64,000 nt of DNA, taken from positions 3,596,001-3,660,000 of the forward strand of contig CM030335.1 in assembly GCA_017654855.1 (NCBI GenBank), in the 5' to 3' direction. The notes beneath the pieces were generated by a model that was not told the origin of the DNA, did no database searches, and saw only the letters and a list, made by a program, of their open reading frames with translations. The first letter of the stretch is position 1. The number at the start of each line of letters is the position of its first letter. A program made the translations under genes and the position numbers. This document shows, in pieces, positions 20,455 to 33,485 of the stretch. Source of the DNA: Podospora anserina. Taxonomy: Eukaryota.

Positions 20455-23400
20455 GTTGCTACGTAGTTGGGTGGTGCAAGAAAGACTCTGATGATAACTG
20501 AAGCTTGGAAATGTCCGGAGTTAGCTAGGTGCTACAGGAAGCTGCACAAAAAGGCATAGGGTGGGGAAGCGAAAACGATCAGTCCGGCGCACATTTTCCG
20601 GGCCATGTCCACGTTCTCCAATGGAGGGGGAATCATGCTTCAAAGCTGCCCCAAGGCACCCTCAACTGGAAAATGCAGTTTATTCATGCTATTTCAATAC
20701 CAAGAACGCCAAATCTGTATACCTACTAGACGCAGTTAGGTAGGTACTGAACCAGAGCATCCCAGTCTAAGGTACGTAATCAAAACTTCTAGGCCTGGAA
20801 ATTCTCTTCAAAGTTATCTGTGGACTCGAAAGAAGCCTTGATCCAAATGCAAGACTACTCGATAGAGCTTGGAATGACGACTGCAGAGGTAGTCGAGCTG
20901 ATTTGCGATATGCTTGGGTATGGTTGTGGTGCGTCTGAAGAAGTAGAGGAAGACTGGTGAGACCAGTTGACAGATGATAGTTACAAAATAAGCCTGAAAT
21001 CCATGGTGATGTGAACTTTTGGACTTCAGCTTCATTTATGTTCTTCTGAAATGGGGGTGCTTCTATCCCGGCCTACCCGTGAATAACGACTTCATACACT
21101 TTAAAAGATAATTAACACACCTTTAAGAAAGCCAGCATGCCTCGAAAGATTGTTAATAGGCCCTGAATACCTAATACCTAGTGAACTGACCTATTCTTGT
21201 TTGAAAAAATGTAAAATTCACGTTGGAGTGTTTTGTGTGCCTTACCAGGTAGTTAAGGTACCTACCCACCTAGGTATGATTATTTTGATCAGGGTGCGTT
21301 TAAACATACAGCTGTTAGACGGGCACCCATGAGTTATCTACCTTAGGTGCCCAGGTACCCAGATTGCTGCTACCGAATCCCTAGTGTCTGAAGTTATTTT
21401 CGGGTTGTTTCAGCATTCGTGAACTGTTGATCAGAGACGTAAATTCCACGGTGAACTGCGTAAAGGGGCCATTTGACACTGTACTGGCAGTAGGCCACGT
21501 CTTAGTATGTGCCTCTGATTGGACGTAGGCTTGAAGTGACTGCGGGGGCGGGAAGAGTGATAAATGGACCTGTGGCCTGTGTCGCCTTCTATTTCGGTTG
21601 TCTAGACTTTTGGCCTGAACACCTAACCCTGCCGGCCCACCCACCTCAGGGCAGCGCCGCTTTCTCAATGCCAACGATAGCCATACCTATCTTCAATCAC
21701 GAGCATATTACTTTCACCTGCACTCCCGAGAAGCACTCTCAGCTCTTCTTGGCTGCAAGCAAGACAAACCCGCAATCCACAACCCAAACCTTTGGTCAGG
21801 GGCGGTTGCGCAAGCCAGATCAAACCCTCGTTCATCACCAATGTACGAAGACCAAGATACCTTGAACGGCACTTTTACAAATCATCACCACCGCAACAAA
21901 TGCCCACCGATAGAGCTCTCCGAGTCAAGCTTGCTAAACGCACTGTGGAATCGAAGCATAACCGCGAACCTGAATGGGATCTCCATGGGGCGACGCATGG
22001 CGTAAATACTTGGAAGTTTCAGCCGCCGGCTGGAGAGCTCTAGAGATTCGAATTCCGCTTTTGATATCCGACGCTGGCCCAATCACTTCTGGTTGAGACA
22101 TGAAAGCCCTCTTGGGTTTGGAATCACCACCTCCCATTATGAGCGGCACATTGAGCTCCATCGCGAATATATGGGAGGCTCAAGACGAAAGTGAGGATTC
22201 TGGTTGCAGTACGTGCGAGGTACAGCTATGCATGCTTCTTTTGGAAGATGTGCAGCTCCTGAAGGACCTCACAGAGCACAACAAAGGGGTCTTATGTTGT
22301 TTTAATGTTGCTTCAGACAACAGATTGCAGGCACATCCGAAACCCGAAGTAAAGCAAACACGCAGACTTCTCAAGGTCGAAAAGGTCTTGGACCAGCCGA
22401 ATGGCAGCCATCCAGATGGTTCACCCCGCCCTCTTTCTGTCTGGCATGCTGGAAACCACGACACCAGGGCGGTGGGAGCCACCTCGACGCCATGTTCCTA
22501 TTCTCATATCTGATGACGGTCCAATTATATCGGCTAAGCAGTTGCGGTCGTGGGTACGCGGGATGGAGTCAAAGGCCACTGCGGTCGAGGTAGTGAAGAA
22601 GCGGTACCATATTCAGGAGACTGGCGATGAAACTGAGCTTGATAGAGTACAAGTCTGTCTCGTCACTCAAAGAGACATGGATAAACTTGGCACCGTCGCT
22701 GTATGCAGAGAGACGGTGGACGAAGGCGTTTGGCTTGATGGCGCGATCTGCCCCTTGGTGATAGTGAAGGAAAGAAAGGAGGAGGTCGAATAAGTAGCAC
22801 CAAGGTAAGAAGCGACCTTAAAGCCATGCAGCAGTTCCCGGGGAGTAGTTGTGGTTAATTTGGATGCGATCTGTGTCCTACCTCTGCGGAAAGATGTCTG
22901 AGTATACCTACCCGCACAAACGAGGTTGGCAGCGAGTATCAGACATGATGGAAATGTCGATTTCTAAGAGCAGTGAAAGGAAAACGGAGGAAGGCGGTTT
23001 GCTGCGACCCAGACAGAGCGCGATAGGGCTGACATATACTGACTGGAACGCCTTGGATACGGATACGCGTATAGCACTTCCGCGCGTCGAAGCATTCAAT
23101 GGTGCAGGGGGCTGCGCCCCTTTTTATGCCCCTTGACCCACTCAGGTTGAGCACGACACCAAATGAGCTGCGTCCAAGCAAGCATTCACCATGCGGCTGC
23201 ATCCGCAATCCAACGTCTGCAATGGAACTTTTTGCTAGATCCCGAGCTGTCGGTAAGCATCAAACCACCGGAAGGGGATCTCCTTTGATGGACCTACCCG
23301 ATAAAGTGGTCCCGTACCATGGTAGCTTACCCACGTCCCTATACGCGTATAGCGGCGGAACATGCCGAGCAGCGACACCACTACTTGAGAGCCGCCCAAC

Positions 23401-23749
23401 CTGGTAATGTCTTGTCGGCTATCAAATCTGCGCCTTGAGGGTGGATATGACGGAGGTTGTTTTGCATTGGATCTGGGAATACGTGGACACGTAATCCACA
23501 GGTTGGTTGGTTTCCTTCCTGCGAAGGCTGCCGAACCCTTGTACGAGTGAGGCATGGACGGAACCTGAGAATATATACGCTGGTCCACTCGACCTGTGTC
23601 GTTTCCCTTTTCCCCATATCCAAACAAACCGTTAGCTTTTCAAAGCATCCATCGCCCGTTGTTACCTAGATACCTACTCTTCTCAGGTGCCGGACTCGAC
23701 TCCTCATAGTTCCCATCCAGCTCTCTCTCTCAGCCACTCTACCTGAAGC

Positions 23750-24822
23750 ATGGCCGATGCAGGGGAACTTCCAGAGTACAGACTCTACGACTACGATCCC
23801 AACCTACCCGCCAATGTTGTGTTCACCGTCCTCTTTTCGATCGTCACCATCGGCCAGTTCTACTTTTTGATCCGCAAGCGAACATGGTACTTTCTCGCTT
23901 TTGCGATTGCCTGTCTGTGTAAGTGCTTCTTCATCGTACACTTACCAAGTTCTCCGGGACATGGTACCGTTGGTATATGCTAACATACCCAAAGTCGAAG
24001 CAGTAGGCTATGCCGCGCGTTGCGTTGCCGTTAAAGAAGCTCCGAACTTCACACTCACCCCGTTCCTGATACAAACCCTGCTCATCTTGCTCGCCCCAGC
24101 GCTGATGGCAGCGTCTATCTACATGGTGCTCGGGAGGTTGATCAGACTTCTAGACGCACACGAGTACGCAATTGTGCGGACAAACTGGCTGACCAAGATA
24201 TTTGTTGTGGGGGACGTGTTGAGTTTCATGACGCAGAGCGCTGGTATGTTTTGTTGCTGTGTTTTGCTTCCCACCTGGACTAACGAGTGGGTGATGTGTA
24301 GGTGGAGGATTGATGGCCCAAGCCAAGACGCCGGATGCCATGAAGCAAGCTGAAGGGATTGTGCTCGGTGGCCTTGCGATTCAGATTGTGTTCTTCGGCA
24401 TGTTCATCGTCACGACGATCATATTCCACAGACGAATTTTGAAGCGTCCAACCGAGAGAAGCCTCAGGGTGGAAGGGCCGTGGCGGCAGCTGATTCTAGC
24501 GCTGTACATCAGCTCGGTCTTGATCATGGTCAGGTCAATTTTCAGGATGATTGAGTTCGGGGCGGGAAAACAAAGCATCCTGATGCAAAAGGAAGTTTTC
24601 TTGTTGGCCCTGGATGGAGTGCTGATGTTCTTGGTCGGAGTGGTATTTCTGTGGAAGTTTCCGGGGGATGTTTTGGTGGGGTATAAGGAGGTGTGGCAGA
24701 CGACAGATGAAGAGACGCTGGGGAGTCGCGGAGAGGGGATTCCCATGGTGGCTGGAGGTAAAACCGCATATCAAGGGGTACGGAGCGGAGAACACGGGAG
24801 GTACTCCACCTCAGTCCGGTAA
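23750..24822 (+). CDS. RTA1-like lipid-translocating exporter family membrane protein
   Basis: Motifs LYDYDP, FEAVGYAAR, LLAPALMAASIYMVLGRLI, TKIFVVGDVLSF, GLAIQ and RSIFRMIEF. Introns 23919-23994 and 24244-24301. Confidence 0.92.
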
Positions 24823-25435
24823 AAAGACCGGAAGACACGTGTTGGCAGAGACATTTGTTCGGGCAACGGGACTAAAGGACAAGAAGCCTATGGCGTTAGA
24901 AGAGAGGTTGGGTTTATCAGTTTTGCATGTTTTTGGTAGAAGGCGTTATTGATGATTGATTTCCTCATCTCTAAATTGATGTCATGATACCCCGCGGGAG
25001 CATGTGAATCCACAGCTTCCTTCTGGAATAAGTTGCGACAAACTGCCTGAAGGAGAGTTGCGGAACGGGAAAGCGGTGAGGTGAAAAGGAGGGGCAGACA
25101 CAGAAAAAAAGGTTTGGACCCCTCTTTTGCGCGTGCCTGGGTGCCCCGCACTGAAATGCGCCCCACGCTAAGCAATCTCTTATCAGTTCCACCTCCACAC
25201 TGAAAATGGTAGAAAATCTGATTTTTTTTTTCTCATTCTCGTCGGTGGTGGCCCAGGACATTCCCTCCTCCTTCCCACAAACCCATCATCTCCCTCACTG
25301 CCCACCTTCCCAGGCGGAGACCGTCTCTTGACTTTTCTTTTTATTCCCCTTCCCCTTCGCCCTCCTTCTGTTTGTTGATACCCATTTCCATTGCATTTCT
25401 CTTTCTGTTTTTGTTTGTCATTGCCTGGCTGCACC

Positions 25436-28400
25436 ATGGACAAGCAAACGTTGGTGGGCCTCCTCGTGGACTCACAAGTCCGTAAGTTTCCCTTTCCTGA
25501 TAATCCCCATTCTTCATTTTTTATCTCCTGCTAACCTTTGTGCCCTGACAGCCGATACCCAGAGAGTCAAGGCCGTCACGGCTGAGCTCCAACAAAACTA
25601 CTTCAAAGACCCCCAGTCGCTCCTCCTCCTGATCGAGATTGTTGCGACACACGAGGACCCCAATGTTCGGCAGCTCGCCTCGGTCCAGGCCGCCCGCCTG
25701 GCCGTCAAGCACTGGGAAAAGGTCGCCGTAGAACAGAAGGGCCAGGTCCGCGAGGCTCTCGTCCAGGCTGTTATGAGAGAGCAGCTCGCCAGAGCCCGCC
25801 ATGCCGAGTCCCGTCTCGTCGCCGCCATCGCTGCCCTTGATCTGGAGGATGGCCAGTGGCCCGACCTGGTGCCTTCGCTGCTCAACTTGGGCGCCAATGC
25901 CGATGTCACACAGCGCGAGATTGGCTCCTTCATCATCATGAGTGTTCTCGAGGAAAACCCAGTCGCGTTTGCCGACGACATGATGAAGTTGCTCGAGCTT
26001 TTCAGCCATACCCTTCGTGACTCGGCCAGCGCAGAGGTTCGAATCAACAGCATGATGTCGGTTGGCGCCATGCTCATGCTCTTCGAGCCTCTCGAGGATG
26101 AGGAGAGCGTCGCCAAGCTCCAGACCCTCATCCCCGCCATGGTGGATGTGCTCAAGGATGCTGTCACGGCCCAGGACGATGAGAAGATAACCAACGCCTT
26201 CGAGGTCTTCCAGCAATTCCTGGCTTATGAGTCCGCGTTACTTGGCAATTATCTCAGGGACCTGGTCCAGTTCATGATCGATCTCGCGGCCAACAAGCAG
26301 GCGGACGATGACGTCCGCTCCCAGGCCATCTCCTTCCTGGTTCAGACTGTTCGCTACCGCCGCATGAAGATCCAAGGCATGAAGGGCATGGGCGAGCAGC
26401 TCACACAAAAGAGCTTGTTGATCCTCACCGAGATTGACGATGACGAGGATGAGGACGAGATGTCCCCTGCCCGCTCTGCTCTCTCCTTGTTGGACGCACT
26501 GTCGAGTGATCTCCCTCCTCGCCAGGTCATTGTCCCTCTGCTTGATGCGCTTCCACAGATGACCAGCCACGCCGAGCCAGGGTTCAGAAAGGCCGGTGTC
26601 CTTGCCCTCGGCAACGTGGTCGAGGGTTCCCCGGATTTCGTCGCCTCCCAGATCGAGTCCATCATGCCATCTGTCATCGCCCTCCTGAACGATAACGATG
26701 TCGGTGTTCGTCACACGGCCTTGATTGGTCTTGCCCACCTTGCCGACGAGATCGCCGAGGAGCTTATTCCCTTCAACGAGGCTATCATGACCGGTCTAGT
26801 CAAGAACCTCCAGGCTGCCACTGCCGAGACTCAGGACCAGTCTCTTGCCAAGAAGAATATCGAGATCATCCGCTCCGTTTGCGGTGCTCTTGACGCCATG
26901 TCTGACGCCCTCGAATCCGACTTCATGAAGCAATACTCTGGTGAGCTTATTGGCCTCATCGGCGGTCTTATCAACCACGACAATCACAAGGTCAAGATCG
27001 CTGCCTCTGGCGCCCTGGGTGCCATTGCCGAGTCTCTGGGCTCCGACTTCAAGCCTTCTTTCGAGACGATTGTCCGTGCTCTTGCCCCTTACCTCCAGAT
27101 CAAGAGCTCCGAGGATGACTTGGCTGTGCGCAGTGGTGTTTTGGATGCCATGGCTCGCATGGCGGTATCCGTCGGTGCCGAGGCTTTCCAACCATATGTG
27201 GTGGACATCATGCAGTCAAGCCACGAGGGACTCCACCTCGATAACACCCGCCTCAGGGAGTCCAGCTTCATTCTCTGGAGCAGCTTGGCCAAGGTCTACG
27301 GAAAGGAGTTTGCGCCCTTCTTGCCTGACGTTTTCCAGGCCCTTTTCAACAGTTTACAGTTGGAGGAGGAGGAAATGGTCCTCAAGCTGAGTGAGGAAGA
27401 GAAGGGAATTGTCGGCACCGATGACGACATCATCGCCGCTGGTAAGAAGATTAAGATCAAGGATCTCGAGGATGAGGAGAGCTTCATGGAGGAAGACGAT
27501 GATGACGATGAGTGGGACGAGATTGGTGTTTCTCTCGAGGCGCTGGAGAAGGAGGTTGCTCTTGAGATCCTCGGTGACCTGCTCACCCACGCTTGCGGCC
27601 CTGCCGAGATTGCCCAGTACCTCGAGAAGTCGATCGAGATGGTCGCCCCTCTCGCTGAGCACTCGTACGAGGGCTGCCGCAAGTGCGCTATTTCCACCTT
27701 GTGGCGTGCGTATGCGCGTGTCTGGCAGCTCATGGAGCAGGAGACTGGCAGCAGCTGGGAGCCCGGTCTTCCCCTCAAGCAGGCCCCCACCCAAACCATT
27801 GTCAAGCTTGGCGAGATTGTCACCAAGGCCACCAGCGCCATCTGGCAGCAAGAAGCCGACCGGTATGTACTTCCCAGCGTTCACCCTACTTTTCCCTTCC
27901 ATGATGACCACACTACGTTTAACCCAGCTCACTCAGACGCATTTAATGCGGATGCTGAGATGGCGTATTATCTACTCCTGATTCCTTTTCATCACTTCGT
28001 CCGTTTGGCAGTTTTGGTTGCAATCAGAGGCTAACATGTATGAACCAAGGTCTGTTGTTACCGACATCAACCGTAATGTTGCGGCCACTCTCAAGACCTG
28101 TGGACCGGCTATTATTGCCGACAACGTCTTCCTGACCGAGACCATCACTGCCGTTGGTGCCATCATCACTCGCTCCCACCCCTGCCAGCAGGATCTTGGC
28201 GATGACGACGAGGAGCAGGAGGTGCTGGGTTCATCCGAGTACGACTGGCTTGTTATTGACACGGCCCTTGACGTCGTGATTGGCCTTGCTATTGCCCTCG
28301 GCCCTGACTTCAACGAGCTCTGGAAGATCTTCGAGAAGCCCATCCTCAAGTTCGCCGGTTCCGAGGCCGAAAACATTGAGAGGTCCACCGGCGTCGGCGT

Positions 28401-28986
28401 CATTGCTGAGTGCGCTGCCAACATGGGCGAGACTGTTACCCCCTACACCGAGAAGCTTCTGAAGCTGCTTCTCAAGCGCTTGTCGGATACGGACCAGGAG
28501 ACCAAGAGTAATGCTGCGTATGCTGTTGGACAGCTCATCTTCAGTTCCACGGCTTCCAACATCTACCTTCCTCACTACCAGACCATCCTCCAAAAGCTTG
28601 AGCCCATGCTCCAGATCCCTGAGGCTCGCATCAAGGACAATGCTGCTGGCTGCCTCTGCCGCATGATCATGGCTCACGCTGACCAGGTTCCTCTTCCTCA
28701 CGTCCTCCCTGCTCTTGTCGGTCTCCTGCCGCTGAAGGAGGACTTTGAGGAGAACACGCCTGTCTACCAGTGCATCAGCAAGTTGTTTGAGCTGAACGAG
28801 CCTACCATCCAAGGCCTCGCCCCCCAGCTTATTCCCGTGTTTGAGGCTGTCCTCAGCCCTCCCGCGGATCAGCTCGACGACGAGACCCGCGAGATTGTTC
28901 GCCACATCGTCCAAGGACTGTTCAAGCTCAACCAGGGACTGTTTAACAACCACCCAACCGTCTTGCAGTTGGCTGGTCTCGCTTGA
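25436..28986 (+). CDS. KAP123: Importin beta-4 / karyopherin Kap123 orthologue (about 1097 aa)
   Basis: IBN_N-like start (VKAVTAELQQNY, VRQLASV), HEAT repeats, acidic loop, EYDWLVIDTALD, KDNAAGCLCRMI and LPLKEDFEEN. Introns 25482-25551 and 27863-28049 keep the frame. Confidence 0.9.
27899..27983 (+). ncRNA. Intronic box C/D snoRNA, probably snR71/SNORD29-like (LSU rRNA Am guide)
   Basis: Lies inside the 187-nt Kap123 intron. Box C ATGATGA 27901-27907; guide AACCCAGCTCAC 27921-27932, complementary to conserved LSU rRNA GUGAGCUGGGUU; D' CAGA 27934-27937; box D CTGA 27978-27981. Confidence 0.8.
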
Positions 28987-29441
28987 GCTGGTGATGCTAG
29001 GCAGCTGAGGTGTCCGGGCGTTTGATGCATAGCGTGGAATGGGTGGATGTTTTTTTTGATGGTTTCCATCGTCAGCACTTTGTGCTATGAGTTTTCTGAC
29101 TTGATGACATGGGACAAGGGAGGGTTATTAGGCGCACAGGTTCGGCGGAGGCTCTGGGTTTATATAAAAAGTTTTGGCCAAGCAGGCAATCCACTTGTTA
29201 GGAATCGATGTTATACTTTTGTACTCTGCTTTCAGACGAGGTTGTCTTGCCAGCCGAAGTTGGTAACGTAAAGCTGATCAGGCCTACTTCTTGATATTCC
29301 GTGTCTTTGAGTTCATGCTGGGGTTAGCTGGAGAGCAAAAGGAGGAACGCTCATGATGATGGCCAATCGTCCTCTTTCGACCCGAGACCTGTCAGCCAAA
29401 ACAAAGAGCAAAAGACATACTTGGAACATATGCTCCATGTT

Positions 29442-29526
29442 TGGACGAGCTGGGAATCGAACCCAGGACCTTTCGCATACAGGTGAGTATGCTAAGCGAA
29501 CGCTCTACCAACTGAGCCACACGCCC
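29442..29526 (-). tRNA. tRNA-Ala(AGC) with a short intron
   Basis: Reverse complement GGGCGTGTGGCTCAGTTGGTAGAGCGTTCGCTTAGCA-[about 12 nt intron]-TGCGAAAGGTCCTGGGTTCGATTCCCAGCTCGTCCA. G3:U70 alanine identity pair present. Confidence 0.93.
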
Positions 29527-29873
29527 TATCGTTTGTTGTTAGAAGATGTACTTGGGCCCTGTCCCTTTGATGGGAAGGCGCTTTGATTTGAGGTCGGGCT
29601 GAATGTAGGTGGCGTAAGGAGAAGCGCGATGATAAACGTTGGTGCTGTGTCAAGAAAGCAACAAAGAAACATCTTTTAACTGCGGTTTTGGCTTGGAGGT
29701 ATCTATTGTCCTGCTTCTTTGGGGGTTGGATAAGGGGCACCCACCCAAGCAACAATTCAGGGGGTGAACAAGCCGAGGAATGGTTAGGGTTCACCAAAAA
29801 CAGTCCTATTTGTCATTGCGTGCCTTCCTTCCTCTCCTCGCGTTTTCCAGGTGACTCGATCTGAAATGTTCTT

Positions 29874-32800
29874 TTAAAATCCCCATTCTTCCATCCACTT
29901 CCTCATCATCCGACCGTTGATCACACCCATCCCCGCCATCGCCTTGCTCTTCGCCACGGCGTGTCCCGTCGCGAACCTCACGTCGACCTGCTTGCCCTCC
30001 TCTCCGCCTGTGCTGGCAGCAGGTGCCTTGTTTAGTCCCTCGAAGAAGTCGAGGAGTTTCAACGCGGGCATCTGCTCGATCTGCTCATCGGTGGCTGTGG
30101 CGCTAACGCGCTTCAGCTCGTCGACCCAGTCGGTGTAGGGGATTATTTTGATGTTGCGGGTGGGGGAGTAGAACTCTTGGATTCCGGGGACGAGGAAGGA
30201 CCAGGAAACTGTGTGGGGGTTGACGAGGTTGAAGGTTTGGACGGTGGTGGTGGAGCGGTGGTAGGAGGAGAGGGAGAGGTCGACGACGGCGCGGGCGGCG
30301 AGGTCGGTGGGGACCCAGTCGATGGGGGAGGGGAGGGAGGAGGGGAGGTGGAGGGTTGCGGTGGAGGTTTTGAGGAGGGAGGGGAGCCATTCTTTTGGGC
30401 AAAGGTTAGGTGTCTACTCACGGAGGGGAGTAGGGGGAAAAGGGCGGCACACCTTGTCGGTTCCAGACACCGGACTTTTCGGCTGCTCCAGCGAGCTGGC
30501 CGACTCGGAGGACGGCGACCGAGTTGATGTGGCCTGCGTGGAGGGCGTTGGATAAGATGGATGCCGCGACGTGTTTTGACTCGCCATATCCCTGTTTGGC
30601 CGGGAGGCTGTTGTCCGGGTCCCAGTCTTCGCCGATGATGATCTCGCTGCCGTCTTCGGGGATGTGGCGAACGGCAGCCCAGTTGAGGATGCTTGCGACG
30701 GAGGAGATGAACACGATGTGAGGTTTGCGAGGGGAGCCTGAAGAAAAGTCGGCGCACTGCTTTGTGCCGGCGATGACGGGCTCAAAAGCCTCGAGTGGGC
30801 TGTTGAAGTTGACGGGCCAGGCATTGATGATGATCATGTCGGTTTGCTGCTGGAGAGAGGCGAAGTCATGAGGGAACTCGAGGCCAAAGTTGGGCGCCGA
30901 GGTTTCACCTGTGAAGTACTGGACTCGGGATGGGGAGATGGAACCAAGACCACGATCGTCAAAGGACTTTTGTTGACGCTCTCGGGCGCTCACAGAGCGA
31001 TTGAGGCAGAAGATCTGGGATATGTCCGGTGTGTCTAGGAGCTCTTTGAGAATGTAACTTCCCAACGATCCGGTCGAGCCGATGAGGAGGACGTTGAAGG
31101 TTGCGGGCGGTGACTTGGGAGGTGAGGGGGGTGATACCAACTTCGGGAAGCGCGAGTGGCGGTAGATCATGGCTGACATGCGCTCTTCGCGGGAGACCGC
31201 ATTCTCAGGGCTTTGGTCTTTTTTAGAAGCACTGACTGCCTTTGCTAACTGGACGACAGTCGGATTGTCATAGACTGTTTTGGCGTTGCATTTAAGGCGA
31301 GACGAAGTCAAGATACGGCTAAGCTGCAATGCCTGCAACGAGTCGGCGCCCAGTTGGAAAATATTGGCATCATCAGTCAGCCTTGCCGCCCGACTTCCGA
31401 GGACAGAGCGGACGGTTTTCCGAACAAGTTCTTGAACATCCTCATTGCTTTGGCCTGCTGCATCAGATTCCTCGACAGCCATTTCCTGCGTCTTGTAAAG
31501 CTGCTCGATCTCGGTTTCGTACAACTTACACGTCGCCTGTCTCATCATGGAGCCTTTGGAAGCTCGTTTGAACGGCTTCTCTGGCTTGGTCAACATAATT
31601 GTTGACCTCCACACTCTCGCATACGCAGGATACTCGGCGTTGGCCTCCTCGATCAACGGCCAGATCTTGTCGATAAACTCTTCCTTGTCATCACCCTGAT
31701 GATCCTTTGATGGCTCAATCAGTATCCCAGCTTGGAAATGTCCCGCGCCAAGCATCAAAGCCCCCTGAACCCACGGATGGCCATCAACAATCTTCTCAAA
31801 CGCCACCGGGTTGACCTTTTCTCCGTTACTCAAGACAATGATATCATCCAGCCTCCCGACGAACTTCCACAGCCCCTTCTTGGTGGGATGCTCCTCAAAC
31901 AGGTCATGAGTCCGCCATTCTTGCAATTCCGGAAAGTTCCAAAAGGCAAACTGGTACTTGCCATCTGGACGCCGCTTGATTACCGCCTCTGCCAAGTTGG
32001 GATTCTCCTCCGTCGGCTCCATCACCATGCCAGCCTCTAGGTTCCACTCGAAATACTGCCAGTCTTTGGGGTCTTTGAGCCGGAGCGTAGGCATGAAGAA
32101 GGCCTCGGTGGATCCGATGCCGTTGTAGAGGGAAGTCACCTCTGAGATTTGGTTCCCGCACGCTTCTGCCAGAGGGGCGCCACCGTAAAAGACAAAGTCC
32201 AGAGTGGAGAGGACGGAGAGGCCAGTCGGGAGGCGGCAGATGTCTTCTATCATAGAAGGGGCCGAGGCAAGGGCGCTGGGCTTGGTCTTGACGATACATT
32301 CCAGGATGAGCTCCGCTGTGGGTGGCTTGTCGGCTGGGAGGAGGACGATGGGCTTTTGGTAGTGGAGGGCACGGAGGAGGAAGTTTATGCCAAAGATGTG
32401 GAAAAAAGGAGTCACGGATAAGACGAGGCGGGTGAGGAGGAGAGAACAGTGGGTGCTGGTGCGGCCTGGCGGGGTGGGGATCGATGTGATCGTCTCAAAG
32501 GTGGAAAAGACGCCGGCCTTGATGTGGATGGGCTTGGGGAGGCCGGTTGTGCCGCTTGTGTGGAGGATTATGAGAGTCTCATGGTCTGAGTAGCTGGCCC
32601 GTCCCTTTGGAGTTGTCGAAGCGGGGGTGAACGGCATGAGAAGTTCGTCGACGGTTGGGATCTGGAGCATTTGGAGGCTCGGCATGGATGTCGACAGCTT
32701 GGCGATATGAGAAAAGAATTCCCCCGAGCAAAGAAACTTTGAGCATTTTGTTGTCTTGAGGAGCGCCAAGTTCCCCTCTTTTGAGTTACGGGGCGATGGT

Positions 32801-33075
32801 GAAAGGGTCCTGTAGCCTGCCTTGAGGGCGCCGAGAATGACAAAGGGGTACCGGATATCATTGATACCCATGTAAGCAAGCACCTCCTCAGTCTCTCCTG
32901 GTCCAAATTTCCGGACGATGAAATCAGACGTCGCGTCGACGGCATTTTTGAGGAGGGAAAAGGTGATGTCCTCCCAGCCGGCTTCTCCTTGGAATGAAGT
33001 CGCGGGGGTTTTGGCCCACACGTCGTTCGGTTTGTCTACGGCCAGACGGTCGACAAGGACGGTAGGGGACAACAT
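29874..33075 (-). CDS. NRPS-like A-T-R carboxylic acid reductase (about 1046 aa)
   Basis: A domain (ILHTSGTTGLPKPI, GSTE, GRLDDIIVLSNGEKVNP), carrier domain (FQLGADSL, Ppant Ser) and reductase domain (LIGSTGSLG, NAWPVNF, GYGESK, RVGQLAG). Intron 30452-30392 joins to EWLPSLL..IDWVP..WMEEWGF*. Confidence 0.92.
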
Positions 33076-33485
33076 GTTGAACGACGAGTTTCTTGAAGAC
33101 TTCTTGTGAAGATATGGAATTGCCCAGGTTATGGGGGTGTTTTATCCCGCGCTTGGAGGTCCGTGGCGACCGTGTTCAGACATTCATGACGTGCATTCAT
33201 GTCATGTCTCGGCCAGACCCTGAAGGCCGCTCACTCATCGATAGGTCAAAGTCATGCACGGCCCAAGGATGATCATCTGATATCGAACACATCATGATCC
33301 GAATCACGGTTTCGGGTAGTGGGCGTTCTCAGCTAGCACTTTCATGACAGACACGGCCTATGGCTGCTGCAGACAAGAGACATTTCATGCGGTGCTTACC
33401 GGCGTGGCGTTCTACCAACAAAACGTCTGTTGAGGTGGTTTGGAAACAAGCCTTTCTTCAGAGATATCTAGGTACACAGCAACAC

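Noticed and set aside
15200-21360. Recurring TAGGTA/GGTACC/TACCTA words in intergenic DNA (about 15250-15360, 20720-20775, 21240-21360)
   Set aside because: Short, irregularly spaced and without unique spacers; not a CRISPR array or a definable repeat unit.
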